A DNA stretch of 64,000 nt, taken from the IMG/VR virus record IMGVR_UViG_3300032327_000792; one strand, written 5' to 3'. The DNA comes from a virus. Its lineage: Duplodnaviria; Caudoviricetes. Made by a program: the position numbers and the translations under genes. Position 1 is the first letter of the stretch. Each line of letters opens with the position of its first letter. Below the pieces are notes generated by a model that saw nothing but the letters and a program-made list of their open reading frames with translations, was not told where the DNA came from and did not search any database. This document shows positions 19,701 through 26,299 of this stretch, in pieces.

Positions 19701-21889
19701 GTCCGTATCTTGATCCTTTCCTTGGCACAAGAGCCACAGATGTCAACGTTGATGGTGGCGCATATATTGATACCTATTCAAGTCACGCACCAGAAGAATT
19801 GATTCCAGGCAGTGAGTTTGACACATTGGACATGCGTGTGTACACACGTCCGGGCAGTGACTGGGCAGTAAACGGACACGGATTTGCCGAATATTCTCAA
19901 GGATTTATAGTTGAACAACTGCCACAGGTGTATAGCTTTAGCAACTGGTTTAACTTTGTGCCAGCATTGGTCACTGTTTCGCTGGTCAACCAAACAACTG
20001 GAATTGATTTAATTCCCGGACTTAACTTCACAGTTAATTGGGGAACTCAAACATTGACCGTGTTATCTGGGTGTAATGTTGATGACATCTTGATTGGAAC
20101 AGCGTACGGAGTAGGTGGCGGAAATCAGTTGTTGCAAGCTTCGTATAATGGTGCTGAAGTAGGCAATAGTCTAACTATCAATGTTCAATATAATCAAATT
20201 CAAGAATTGGTATTGTTTGTCAACGGTGTTTATCTTCCGATTGAGTTAAATGATTCAACAGAGAATTATAGTTATGTGGCCAGTGCTAACAATACCACAA
20301 CTATTACTTTCCTTGACACTTACACCACAACTGATTATATTGCATTGTATGTGATTGGGCCAACAACTATCAACGGAACCACAGTTAATTACAGTTGGAG
20401 TTCTCCAGTAACGCAATATATCACTGGAACAACCGGTGTATATACATACAATTTAACCAACAGTCTTGAGTACACTAATCCTGCCAACATGATTGTTAGT
20501 GTAAACGGTAGTCGTGCTAGAACCGCAGGGGGCGCTGAATACATTGGTGATGGAAGTACAGCCTATTTGATTCCAACCCGTCTAGGATTCAGTCAGGCAA
20601 TAATTGCCGACAATGAAGTGTTGGTCTATGTCAATGACATCCCTCAAACACTTGGAGTTGACTTTAGTGTAGAGCCGTGGGACGGCATTACACAGCGCGA
20701 AGTTCTATTTGCAACTACACCAGCAATTGGAGATCGAATCTTGATTGCAGTAACTACAAATACTCAGTGTAGGATCAACAGTGGACAACTGGTATTTGAT
20801 CCAACACGTGGTCTTGTTCCAAACAATGGAGACATTATTTCAGTTACTACATGGAACGACACACGTCAACAAAATATTCTCACACAGGTGTATGTTGGTC
20901 CAGTGACCACTGGCATAACTGTGTCAGAGGGCTACGACGACACTGATTTTGATCGTGCTACAGTATCTGATACTCCGGGCAGTTTTGATTATTCAGCAGG
21001 TGCAACTGTAACGGTCAACAATATACAACTTGGACGAGAAATAATTGATCCTGCAAGACTTTGGGTCACAATCAATATCAATAACACAGGCGGCGGCCGC
21101 CGTTTGTACTACGGACAAGACTTTACTATTTCGGGCGAAGAATTAGTATTATCATCTGGCGTGATAGACTCTACTACCGTGTTGATGATCACAGAATTCA
21201 CAGACAGTGTGGTTCCTTCGGCCATGGCATTCCGCATTTTCCAAGACATGCGCGGAGTTCAAGCTGTGTATCGTATAACTCCAGAAACTACTACACAACT
21301 ATCTCAAGCATTGAGTGCCAGTGACGACATAGTATATGTTGTTGATGCAGGTGCACTTGATCAGCCTGAATTGTCTAACAACATCTGGGGATTGCTGACA
21401 GTCAACGGAGAGCGTATCATGTACCGCGAACGTAATACAGCAAACAACACTGTTAGTAGTCTATTGAGAGGAACTGCCGGTACTGCCATTGCAGATCATG
21501 CTGTAGATGCTGTTGTTTATAATTTAGGTCGTGGTAATTTGATGCCAGAATCTTTCCAAAATTATATTGACAGCAATTCATTTATGGGCAATGGAGTTAC
21601 CACATTATTTGTAGCAACTGATGTCAACGTTGACAGCGAAGACAGCACCACAATTGACGAAGCAGTTGAAGTATATGTAGGGGGCATTCGTCAAACTGCC
21701 GGATATACAATTATTGGTAGCGGACCGGTGCAAATTGAGTTTGATTCGGCGCCAATCAACGGCTACGAAGTTACTATTTTGGTACGCCGTGGTGTAACTT
21801 GGTATGCTCCTGGAGCAGGTACTCCAAGCAATGGTGTAGCATTGCAGGATACTGACACACAGGCCGCAAGGTTCTTAAGGGGGCTGTAA
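7787..21889 (+). CDS. Giant (4700 aa) virion structural protein, probable baseplate wedge/fibre-anchoring protein with FG-GAP-like and small beta-sandwich repeats
   Basis: Uninterrupted 14.1-kb ORF starting 1 nt after the gp6-like stop; T/N/V/G-rich; seven FG-GAP-like blades (14738-16912); repeated 'VxVN(G/N)..(L/Q)..G.DYT' modules. Confidence 0.8.
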   Translation: MARVRTVDFLPEIFQTSTNRQFLGATLDQLVQEPKFKSIQGFVGRKVGPGINSQENYIAEPTAVRANYQLEPGVVFLSEDRQTVEDAVTYPGITDALTVQGAITNNADRLYTSDYYTWDPFVDFDKFVNFNQYYWLPAGPDSVDVFAEAVATTDDFDVTRANGVYTFSGVAGENPVLTLVRGGNYTFNVAQNAKETVNFRVTNQGTSAYVIDYQNNPILTLTRGNTYVFNMILNRDLPMYIKTEPTLGTTNQYNTGVTNNGISEGLITFVVPQDAPNTLYYVNPTQPNMQGQINIVDGTSGTGPGFWIQTVPGINGRIPSTPNISSRNVLGVINNGEDLGTVSFNVPLSTAQNFYYTLDTIGSIPGKSPGTVDLIVSDLKFNEINNQYVEPFLKRTGGIDGSTSLNGKTIVFLNEITDAQDGGWQVTTQFDPLPNAGNVESGAGSYDTTLFDQTTDVPTAQRYSVWQIQYVTTNDGSQYIKLVDVLSVSNLEKFTITNGTQYSSTQWYKDAEGYFQQIPLLTAVLDTLYYQDGTDPGIFGRIKLINQDQVDTLDITDIIDKQNYTSPNGVVFTNGLKVQFNGSVNPSSYQNQEYYVEGVGTAIKLLPVANFVTPETYTQSATVPYDSTGYDIGNYDASLNQPLIPDYLTINRASQDLNAWTRSNRWFHIDVINATAEYNNTVATLDNNFRAKRPVLEYRAGTRLFDFGTQGKQPVDIIDFAATDALSTINGTTGYSTDGYTFITGSRIIFANDSDPQVRNKIYVVEFIIPDSVPPLIAQPIINLVPASDATVLVDQTVVCLSGIKQQGLSFYFDGVEWLSAQEKTQTNQAPLFDVYDLDGVSFSNRAKYPSTNFVGNKLFSYAQVSGVNDTVLGFPLRYLSLANVGDIVFENNLYNDTFTYTKDSVSSTENISQGLVRQYSNRTVFAKEIGWQTAIAKSITRQQFRFVYDGQPLTMDIAVNNTSPLPALQVYVSGEFIDPTNYSYAVTSNSTTLTINADIAVGEVIEVDAISDQTSKVAFYEVPVNLENNPLNKNSPTFTLGTVRSHYETIGQNLKDIVGPINGANNTRDLGDISRYGTNILQQSSPMTLAGYFMRSEQYNIFNALNFNSREYEKFKAQLLDTAVRNDYTNYTIPDMLTAVISDITTGRTQFNPFYWSDMLPASSVFSQTTTTYTPISTPVFDLSTTYDFSSSNYQSVLVYVNNVLLTVGYDYTVATDGPRLTVTSPLAVGDVIVIREYATTYGSFVPNTPTKLGLYPAFKPQIYLDTTYVTPTLVIQGHDGSKTVAFDDFRDSLLLEFETRIYNNLKIKSAIPLPAVEVIPGQFRTTDYTLAEVNQILSTDFLSWIGWNKLDYKSQDYNASNEFTWNYIASGNKLSDTTDIREEAPLPAGAWRGIYRYFFDTDYPDTRPWEMLGFTEEPAWWQDIYGAAPYTSGNLVLWDDLELGRVADPAGEYILPQYARPGLSQVIPTGDEGQLLSPFDTVVGLYDSSQFQKSWTFGDGGPVEATWFKSSSYPFAVMRLLALTRPAEFFSLFVDRDLYKFDTELDQYLYNNRYRLDANGVEVYGNGVSKASYIDWIVDYNQLLGLDSTTRLTADLAKLDVRLCYRLGSFTDKQYLKIYTEKSSPNSLNSSLLLPDESYNLLLYKNQPFERTVYSSVIVQAVDGGYAVYGYSITDPYFEILASRTSGTKITIEAGGSIVRVPNEYTKDVVQVPYGYVFANQTVVADFLLSYGALLESQGLIFDSRENGRTLNWNQMAQEFLYWANQGWQTGSVINLNPTATSLTAFKEQAIVDSVIAQTPENLILDQNRTTLPVRDLVVDRFENVFKISSLSNQTISYIDLKYTSYESMVVLDNVSIFNDLIYDPATGARQGRVNVSAAVSADWTGQLDAQGFILNNRASVKNWEPNRKYAKGEIVLYKTNYWSAQTIVQPSVEFQYSNWVKSDYTKIQNGLLENIPNKANQLANSYNTVTANLESDQDLLSYGLIGFRPRQYMTALNLDDVSQVNVYQQFLKDKGTIRSVRLLGNANLQKEVAEYDIFENWAIQRSAYGANANRSFFELQLNEALLESDPALIQVIEPQQTSQADQTVLLDNIWRESYKLTSVNILPTTTTSVQDAALPTAGYVNIDDVDVTVFSLLGDLGISPAVLDTVGVGTTIWAAKSNSYDWNIYRCSGVPGRILNISSNLDTTSTVTFSQPHGLSVDSIIIIRYVNDQINNVYRVLAVPGATEIVIQLPVTVLTGLSNIALQGIAYNLQTMRVTQASDVIDLPYVDSLLPGARAWVDNNGSGLWEVIEKQAPFTAHFEMTPNALVANTRYGASIAQGINNIIALVGAPAYSSTGAVYPYLRDSDNQYAQSSLLLLGATATAGYGNAVDIGNQEWCVIGASESNSQTGYAGVVYRGATTNAFEQRQLLVAPFGDYNDVSEFGYSVTISRDERWMYIGAPAENKVYAFGRVDTEDQSVKYITDGISFLYNYSDSIVIDNNLQLNVILNNQLLTLGVDYTVSGTNIALDNTPLAGQILLIIRKTAQSYTGNGSTTNFNLENYLYTVDNNDYFSFSVTVNGALQRPYIDYTWASGSITFITAPINQAAIVANAKTYFSPVETITVAGLASDARFGQSVATTTDGRQIVIGCPNDTVDTISDAGSVYTVDRSVTRVIVSDSDITTYTLPSGFQAPVSVLLNNTFLTNADQFINGQFTVVGSNVVLESNVELNVGDILEFESNIFNSIQNFSADAPFQASNFGQTVDVCPNNCSVYIGAPQDGTVLPEAGSVDRRVNQARIYGVITSPSMSAYPTLVPGQTIRIQNTPVTVSTPDSWNINLAWNKDDLVINGATIYKALRAVPIGTNILDASYWLSASWTDVLANDIVSAAIPNITASSTNGLLTISVVNIEAADELNRLTVLPGTSGTAFANLGFDVYAYTQTITSPNPVPSAAFGSSVFIDSEADNLVVGAPGGNLYEPVTFDGGSTYFDDNSTLFSSTIIQSGVVYTFDYLPSSTDSVSNPGQFVFGQQVYDNSVSALDQWGTAVNYTTGRLLIGSPGSDLGDSTLSELNYGRVGVFNNIDRKRAWTVIHQQQPVVDVYLLNSVYMYNKLQSSQTQFFDFIDPLQGKILGAARQNINYISVADPAKYNVGTINNNGNFWAESHVGEIWWNIDRARFIDPNQDDIVYASRRWNQLFPGSSIDIYQWIESSVPPATYTGPGTPLDTTSYVVTSRLTPQGTFGTQYYFWVTGINTINTSAGKTLSTTGIARYIESPRSSGIPYIAAINASTVAIYNGLEFISAQDTILHVEYDREFTENNIHTEFELIAQDRPDSFLSDGLYRKLQDSFCGVNTTGARVPDATLSPPEQYGVQFRPRQSMFVDRFSALENYLVRANATLKNYPIVETRKFTLLNSQEPEPTVASGEWNMRLANIEQLGYQDLQEVPLGYKYLIVSDSTNNGLWTIYTVIAGSTLLGSPNVTQLSRVQTYDTRKYWYYIDWYQPGYNSGIIPVAEVLNYASLATVTVSVGASVKVTANAQGKFEIYLRTDIGWDRVGLQDGTIQFREELWNYAVGLFGFDVEVFDAQYFDSEPVTETRKIIQAINEELFIDELAIERNRLLILMFNFILSEQQAPEWLIKTSLIDVEHRIRELIPFQIYRQDNQEFVLDYLQEVKPYHVQVREFNLAYNGQDIYSGMMTDFDCPAYYNINLLIPQYISPILLPYTQSTAIGTGTPNANSDTAADAQIWTENPWSEWYNNYLLSVQDTTVVDGGAGYTVEPQVIVTGTAITPAEMTAIINTAGEVIGINIVNPGVGYSTDAVITFVGGNGVGARAVAVMGNELVRSIKTTIKYDRYQYTSTIVDWEANVNYDNGTQVRYNNEVWQADSGDSSGVQSATFDPENWLLVNPGTLSGVDRTQGYYTPGPNEIGLDLPLLIDGLDYPGVQVFGPLFSQNTGYDVGNFDINPFDNISFGPEGRPTYDPAILDAIYESPYLDPFLGTRATDVNVDGGAYIDTYSSHAPEELIPGSEFDTLDMRVYTRPGSDWAVNGHGFAEYSQGFIVEQLPQVYSFSNWFNFVPALVTVSLVNQTTGIDLIPGLNFTVNWGTQTLTVLSGCNVDDILIGTAYGVGGGNQLLQASYNGAEVGNSLTINVQYNQIQELVLFVNGVYLPIELNDSTENYSYVASANNTTTITFLDTYTTTDYIALYVIGPTTINGTTVNYSWSSPVTQYITGTTGVYTYNLTNSLEYTNPANMIVSVNGSRARTAGGAEYIGDGSTAYLIPTRLGFSQAIIADNEVLVYVNDIPQTLGVDFSVEPWDGITQREVLFATTPAIGDRILIAVTTNTQCRINSGQLVFDPTRGLVPNNGDIISVTTWNDTRQQNILTQVYVGPVTTGITVSEGYDDTDFDRATVSDTPGSFDYSAGATVTVNNIQLGREIIDPARLWVTININNTGGGRRLYYGQDFTISGEELVLSSGVIDSTTVLMITEFTDSVVPSAMAFRIFQDMRGVQAVYRITPETTTQLSQALSASDDIVYVVDAGALDQPELSNNIWGLLTVNGERIMYRERNTANNTVSSLLRGTAGTAIADHAVDAVVYNLGRGNLMPESFQNYIDSNSFMGNGVTTLFVATDVNVDSEDSTTIDEAVEVYVGGIRQTAGYTIIGSGPVQIEFDSAPINGYEVTILVRRGVTWYAPGAGTPSNGVALQDTDTQAARFLRGL

Positions 21890-21896
21890 ATCCAGC

Positions 21897-21902
21897 TAAA
21901 TA
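21897..21902 (+). promoter_or_regulatory. T4-late-like TAAATA box
   Basis: GCTAAATAAATCATG directly upstream of the 48-aa ORF. Confidence 0.5.
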
Positions 21903-21906
21903 AATC

Positions 21907-22053
21907 ATGACGCAAAATACCACACAAAATCCGCCGGTTGTTCAACAGCCAGCTCCAAAAAAACCCAACGATACAGGATCTATATCAGTTGAAGGCTTTG
22001 TGCGTATTTTTGATCCAGAGACCAAAGAAGTATTTGTGGAGAAACGAGCATGA
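21907..22053 (+). CDS. 48-aa micro-protein resembling the N-terminus of the next gene (not in the ORF track)
   Basis: MTQNTTQNPPVVQQPAPKKPNDTGSISVEGFVRIFDPETKEVFVEKRA*; follows a TAAATA box; stop overlaps the next ATG (ATGA). Confidence 0.8.
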   Translation: MTQNTTQNPPVVQQPAPKKPNDTGSISVEGFVRIFDPETKEVFVEKRA

Positions 22054-22655
22054 TTCAACCCGGGTTGGCCAAAATTGAAGGATTTGTTAAAATTTTCAAT
22101 CCTGAGACAGGCGAAGTATTGGTAGACAAAAAGAATGCTATTCATTATGAGAATATCAGTATTGCAATGGCACAAACATTGAGTGATAGAAATCTAGGCT
22201 ATATTTACTTGATGGCGTTTGGCAATGGTGGCTCAAGTGTGGACCCAACTGGAGTTATTACATACTTGCCCCCAAATACCACAGGTCAAAATGCTGACTT
22301 GTACAACGAAACTTATACCAAAGTAGTTGACGATAACTCAGCTGCCAACACTGATCCTGCCAACAACAAAATGACAGTGTTACACACCACTGGCAAGGTT
22401 TATACTGATATTTTAGTTCAATGTTTGTTGGATTATGGCGAGCCTGTAGGACAACAAGCATTTGACAACAGTACCAATTTCAATGGTGAATTTGTATTTG
22501 ACGAGTTAGGTCTAAAAACCTGGAACGGATCAGCCACAGATTTGCGTTTGATCACACATGTGATTTTTCACCCAGTGCAAAAGAGCTTGAACAGACAGAT
22601 ACAGATTGATTATACATTGCGTATCCAAACGTTGACAAATCTCAGCGCCGCATAA
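22050..22655 (+). CDS. Probable virion structural protein
   Basis: 201 aa within the structural operon; 'MAFGNGGS' and 'FDELGL...HVIFHPVQKSLNR' segments. Function inferred from context. Confidence 0.7.
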   Translation: MIQPGLAKIEGFVKIFNPETGEVLVDKKNAIHYENISIAMAQTLSDRNLGYIYLMAFGNGGSSVDPTGVITYLPPNTTGQNADLYNETYTKVVDDNSAANTDPANNKMTVLHTTGKVYTDILVQCLLDYGEPVGQQAFDNSTNFNGEFVFDELGLKTWNGSATDLRLITHVIFHPVQKSLNRQIQIDYTLRIQTLTNLSAA

Positions 22656-22683
22656 ATATGTGTATATTATTGACGAATAAATA
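22653..22683 (+). promoter_or_regulatory. Two TAAATA boxes (22653-22658 and 22678-22683)
   Basis: The first overlaps the upstream stop codon; both precede a GGAGAG RBS and the ATG at 22709. Confidence 0.45.
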
Positions 22684-22708
22684 AAGATAGGACGGAGAGT
22701 AAAACAAC

Positions 22709-23992
22709 ATGGCATATACAATTAACTTAACCGATGGCACTATATTTGCTACAGTAGCAGATGGTACTATCAACACTTCTAGCTCAATGACGCTGGTGGG
22801 TAAAAACTACGCCGGTTATGGCGAGTTTTTGGATGAAAACTTTATCCACTTGTTGGAGAATTCATCCAACACCACTGCCCCTGGAGCTCCGTTGGAAGGA
22901 CAGTTATGGTGGGATTCTGGAGCAAACGTAATGAAAGCCTGGAACGGATCAACATGGAAAACTATCAGTAGTGCTACTGCTAGTTCAACTGCTCCTACAT
23001 CCAACGTCACAGGCGATTTATGGTACGACACTGTGAACGCTCAGTTAAAGGTATGGACAGGTACTACATTTTTGTTAGTGGGTCCGGCGTTTACTGCCGG
23101 CACAGGCACAACAGGTGCCATTGTTGATACCATCATTGACAACACCAGCACCAGCCACGTTGTAATCAAATTCTATGTTGAAGATGCTGTTATTGCTATC
23201 ATGTCAAAAGACGCAGCATTTACTCCGCAGGCAGCCATTCCAGGATGGGGATCTGGTCAACAGGTTCGACCTGGTATGACCATGAGCTCCGGTAGTGCCA
23301 GTTATTTGTTCCAAGGAACAGCATTAGATGCACAATTACTGGATGGAATTGACTCAACAGGATTTTTAAGTGCAACTACCAACGATACTACATCAGGAAC
23401 GTTGGGAGTGTTAAATGACACAGGTTTGTCAGTGGGAGTAGATTCTGATTTACGAATGAGTGTATCAGGAGTAAACACCACTATTGCCAATCAAACTTCA
23501 AATGGTAACTTGGCATTCTCAGTCAACGTTGGTGGAACACCAACCACAGCATTGACAATTTTTGGCGCAAACGGCACAGTTTCAGGCAATCAAATCAATG
23601 CCAACTACGCTGACGTTGCAGAGCGTTTTGAATCAGACTTGATCTATGATGCTGGCACAGTGGTCGAACTAGGTGGTACAGCAGAAATCACCAAAGTCAG
23701 TGCCGAACTAAGCGATAAAGTGCTTGGTGTGATAAGTACTAGAGCAGCATATTTGATGAACAGCAACGCAGGCACAGACGCCACACATCCACCAGTTGCA
23801 ATGACTGGACGTGTGCCAGTTAACACAATTGGTACAATTCGCAAAGGCGATCGTCTTGTTTCAGCTGGCAACGGATTAGCAAGAGCAGCACAACCAGGAG
23901 AAGCTACTGCATTTAACGTTATTGGTCGTGCGTTGGCAGATAAGACAAGCGCAGAACAGGGAACTGTAGAAGCAATTGTAACAATTAAGTAA
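22709..23992 (+). CDS. Tail fibre/short fibre protein with a C-terminal intramolecular-chaperone-like domain
   Basis: N-terminal 'LVGKNYAGYGEFLDENFIHLLEN...GQLWWD...GDLWYD' anchor repeats; C-terminal 'ANYADVAE...GVIS...PVAMTGRVPV...IRKGDRLVS...VIGRAL'. Confidence 0.72.
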   Translation: MAYTINLTDGTIFATVADGTINTSSSMTLVGKNYAGYGEFLDENFIHLLENSSNTTAPGAPLEGQLWWDSGANVMKAWNGSTWKTISSATASSTAPTSNVTGDLWYDTVNAQLKVWTGTTFLLVGPAFTAGTGTTGAIVDTIIDNTSTSHVVIKFYVEDAVIAIMSKDAAFTPQAAIPGWGSGQQVRPGMTMSSGSASYLFQGTALDAQLLDGIDSTGFLSATTNDTTSGTLGVLNDTGLSVGVDSDLRMSVSGVNTTIANQTSNGNLAFSVNVGGTPTTALTIFGANGTVSGNQINANYADVAERFESDLIYDAGTVVELGGTAEITKVSAELSDKVLGVISTRAAYLMNSNAGTDATHPPVAMTGRVPVNTIGTIRKGDRLVSAGNGLARAAQPGEATAFNVIGRALADKTSAEQGTVEAIVTIK

Positions 23993-24022
23993 AGAAAAGA
24001 AGAAAAATAATTGATTAACCCA

Positions 24023-24115
24023 GCTATAGCATTAACAATGACGCCAATGGTACAACCATTTTACTGCTGTTTAACAGTAGAACGCCGTTGAGTTATAGCG
24101 TTGAGATCGATCAAC
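24023..24115 (+). ncRNA. Candidate structured 5' leader (motif copy A)
   Basis: Outer stem GCTATAGC/GTTATAGC; inner hairpins AATGGT/ACCATT and CTGTT/AACAG; core TGACGC...TTACT-N15-AACGCC; hairpin GTTGA/TCAAC just before the RBS. Confidence 0.5.
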
Positions 24116-24136
24116 TAATACAAAGGGAAACAAAAA

Positions 24137-25120
24137 ATGACATATTCAGTAGGCGGATTAATACAAGCAACAGATTACAATGGATTTGCATCCACCACCG
24201 CAGGAGCAAACGCTAATAGCATTTGGGGCACCGGCGCCACGGACATTGGATACGGACAATCAACAATATTAGACACTGTGGCTGCAGGTGCAATAGTGTC
24301 TGCTACCCAGTGGGCCAGTTTAAACAGTCGTATCAGCACAATAGCCAGTCATCAAGGCACTGCAATCACATCAAGAACCAATCCAGTAGCAGGAGGTACC
24401 ATTGCTATTTTGGCGGCACTCAACACAGACTTGACTAACCTTACAACCAACCGTGGTAGTGCTGCTGCAAGTGGCACCCAGTATACAGCGTGGACAGGCA
24501 CATCAAGCAAAGACTCGGCCACTGGTTCTGGAGGCGATCCTTGGACCATAACATTCACACACACAATCACATTTGCCAATGCTGCCAGTGCCAGATATTT
24601 CTTCAACGCAGGCGGACGTATCAAGTGGGAAACATCAAAAACATCCACAGGCACAACAGCTGATGACGAGTGGAATGATTTGGCCAATACATTGGTAGGT
24701 GATATCTATATCACCGGCGGAACAGCCACACAGACCATTGCAGGTACAGCATACACCGGCACCACTAGCATAGGTGGCACTGGAACTCCAACTACCTTGG
24801 CCACCACAACCGGATTCTATGATTTGACAACAACGCCAACAACTATTTACAAACAGTTTGCCGATACATATTTGTACACTGATCAATTTATTCAAATCAA
24901 TGCCAGTGTCAACGCAGGCGGCACTGCGATTACGTTAACAACACTCTGGACTGATCCAGGCGGCGGCTTCTTTCCAAACGACAATATTTCAGGCGGCACA
25001 ACTACAACAGGTATTTCATTTGGTACAGCACCCGCAACAGTGGTCACATATTTTCCACCAAGCACAAACAATCTAACCAATACTTGGGGCACACCAACTG
25101 TAGCAGCCACTGTAGCGTAA
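24137..25120 (+). CDS. Thr/Gly/Ala-rich virion structural protein
   Basis: 327 aa, strongly T/G/A-rich, 'ARYFFNAGGRIK' segment; last gene of the structural block before a terminator. Confidence 0.65.
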   Translation: MTYSVGGLIQATDYNGFASTTAGANANSIWGTGATDIGYGQSTILDTVAAGAIVSATQWASLNSRISTIASHQGTAITSRTNPVAGGTIAILAALNTDLTNLTTNRGSAAASGTQYTAWTGTSSKDSATGSGGDPWTITFTHTITFANAASARYFFNAGGRIKWETSKTSTGTTADDEWNDLANTLVGDIYITGGTATQTIAGTAYTGTTSIGGTGTPTTLATTTGFYDLTTTPTTIYKQFADTYLYTDQFIQINASVNAGGTAITLTTLWTDPGGGFFPNDNISGGTTTTGISFGTAPATVVTYFPPSTNNLTNTWGTPTVAATVA

Positions 25121-25138
25121 TCAACCTCAGCTTTACCA

Positions 25139-25166
25139 AAAGGGCGTTCGCGCCCTTTACTTTTTT
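25139..25166 (+). terminator. Intrinsic terminator closing the structural block
   Basis: AAAGGGCG-TTCG-CGCCCTTT hairpin followed by ACTTTTTT. Confidence 0.8.
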
Positions 25167-25184
25167 CAAAATATGTTGTACAAT
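25156..25184 (+). promoter_or_regulatory. sigma70-type promoter for the tailoring operon
   Basis: TTTACT-17 nt-TACAAT ending 6 nt before the ATG at 25191, so the mRNA would be nearly leaderless. Confidence 0.55.
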
Positions 25185-25190
25185 TAATCT

Positions 25191-25496
25191 ATGAATACTG
25201 ATCAACTAGTTTCTCACTCACGAGCTCGATTTGAGCACGTTGCTACTCGTCGACTGCTCAAAGAAAAATACCAAGGCAAAATGACATTTGCATGGAATGG
25301 CGGCATGTTTCGAGCAACTCCTGAAATGATAACATTTTTAAGTTTGTACGGCGACAAGCCAATTGTTGTACAAGATTTATACGAAAATCCCGTTGAAGTA
25401 AATGCCAAGCAAGTGTGCGAGTTTATGAAGGAACGATTGCAAGAGCAAATGAATGCATGGTTAGTGGAATTTCAAGAAGCCAACAAAAACAGATGA
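25191..25496 (+). CDS. Hypothetical protein (101 aa)
   Basis: First gene after the promoter; ATGA-coupled to the next gene. Confidence 0.7.
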   Translation: MNTDQLVSHSRARFEHVATRRLLKEKYQGKMTFAWNGGMFRATPEMITFLSLYGDKPIVVQDLYENPVEVNAKQVCEFMKERLQEQMNAWLVEFQEANKNR

Positions 25497-26299
25497 CCCA
25501 AGGTGCATTGATTTTTGCATTCAACAATGATCAACTTGATTATTTGAGTATGGCCAATTGGAGTGCTCAAAACATTCGCAGACATCTTGGATTGCCAACT
25601 TGTGTGGTCACTGACATTGAACATATTCCGTCACACTATAATTTTGAACAAATAGTATTGGCCACAGCTCGCGAACCCAGCATGCGGCACTTTGGCGACA
25701 TTGACCAAGTAGTTACCTGGTACAATGGCAATAGAGTGGATGCCTATGACATCAGTCCCTGGGATCATACCTTGGTTTTGGATGCCGACTATGTGGTGGC
25801 CAGTGACCAATTAAGGGTATTGTTTTCATGTTCGGAAGATTTTTTAGCACATCAACAAGCCTACGATATAACAGGGCTACAATCATTTGACGATTTAAAT
25901 CAATTTGGTAAGTATCGAATGCCCATGTGGTGGGCCACTGTGATGTTATTTCGACGTAGCACTGGCGTCAAACTACTGTTTGATTCAATGAAAATGATTA
26001 GAGAAAATTGGTCGCACTATAGACAAGTTTATCAAATTCCTAGATCTACCTATCGCAACGATCATGCACTGAGTATTGCATTGGGCATGGTCAATGGACA
26101 CGCACTCGATCACGCACAAATTCCCTGGGATCTGGCATCGTTGACTTCGGGACAAACGTTAGAATACATTGAGCAAGATTGCTATAAAATTAATTTTATC
26201 AATTCTCAAAATCAGCTCAAATGGATACATATAAAAAATCAAGATTTTCATGCCATGGGCAAACGACATTTGGGGAACCTAATTGCCAATTCAAAGTGA
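25493..26299 (+). CDS. GT-A-fold glycosyltransferase-like protein
   Basis: Start moved to the ATGA-coupled ATG at 25493. 'ALIFAFN...DYLSMA' N-terminus, DxD motif 'TLVLDADY', 'WWATVMLF', 'RNDHALSIA'. Confidence 0.65.
   Translation: MTQGALIFAFNNDQLDYLSMANWSAQNIRRHLGLPTCVVTDIEHIPSHYNFEQIVLATAREPSMRHFGDIDQVVTWYNGNRVDAYDISPWDHTLVLDADYVVASDQLRVLFSCSEDFLAHQQAYDITGLQSFDDLNQFGKYRMPMWWATVMLFRRSTGVKLLFDSMKMIRENWSHYRQVYQIPRSTYRNDHALSIALGMVNGHALDHAQIPWDLASLTSGQTLEYIEQDCYKINFINSQNQLKWIHIKNQDFHAMGKRHLGNLIANSK

Noticed and set aside
1125-21945. Many 60-160-aa track ORFs nested in or opposite the structural genes
   Set aside because: Expected by-products of long open frames with biased codons; none has independent signals.
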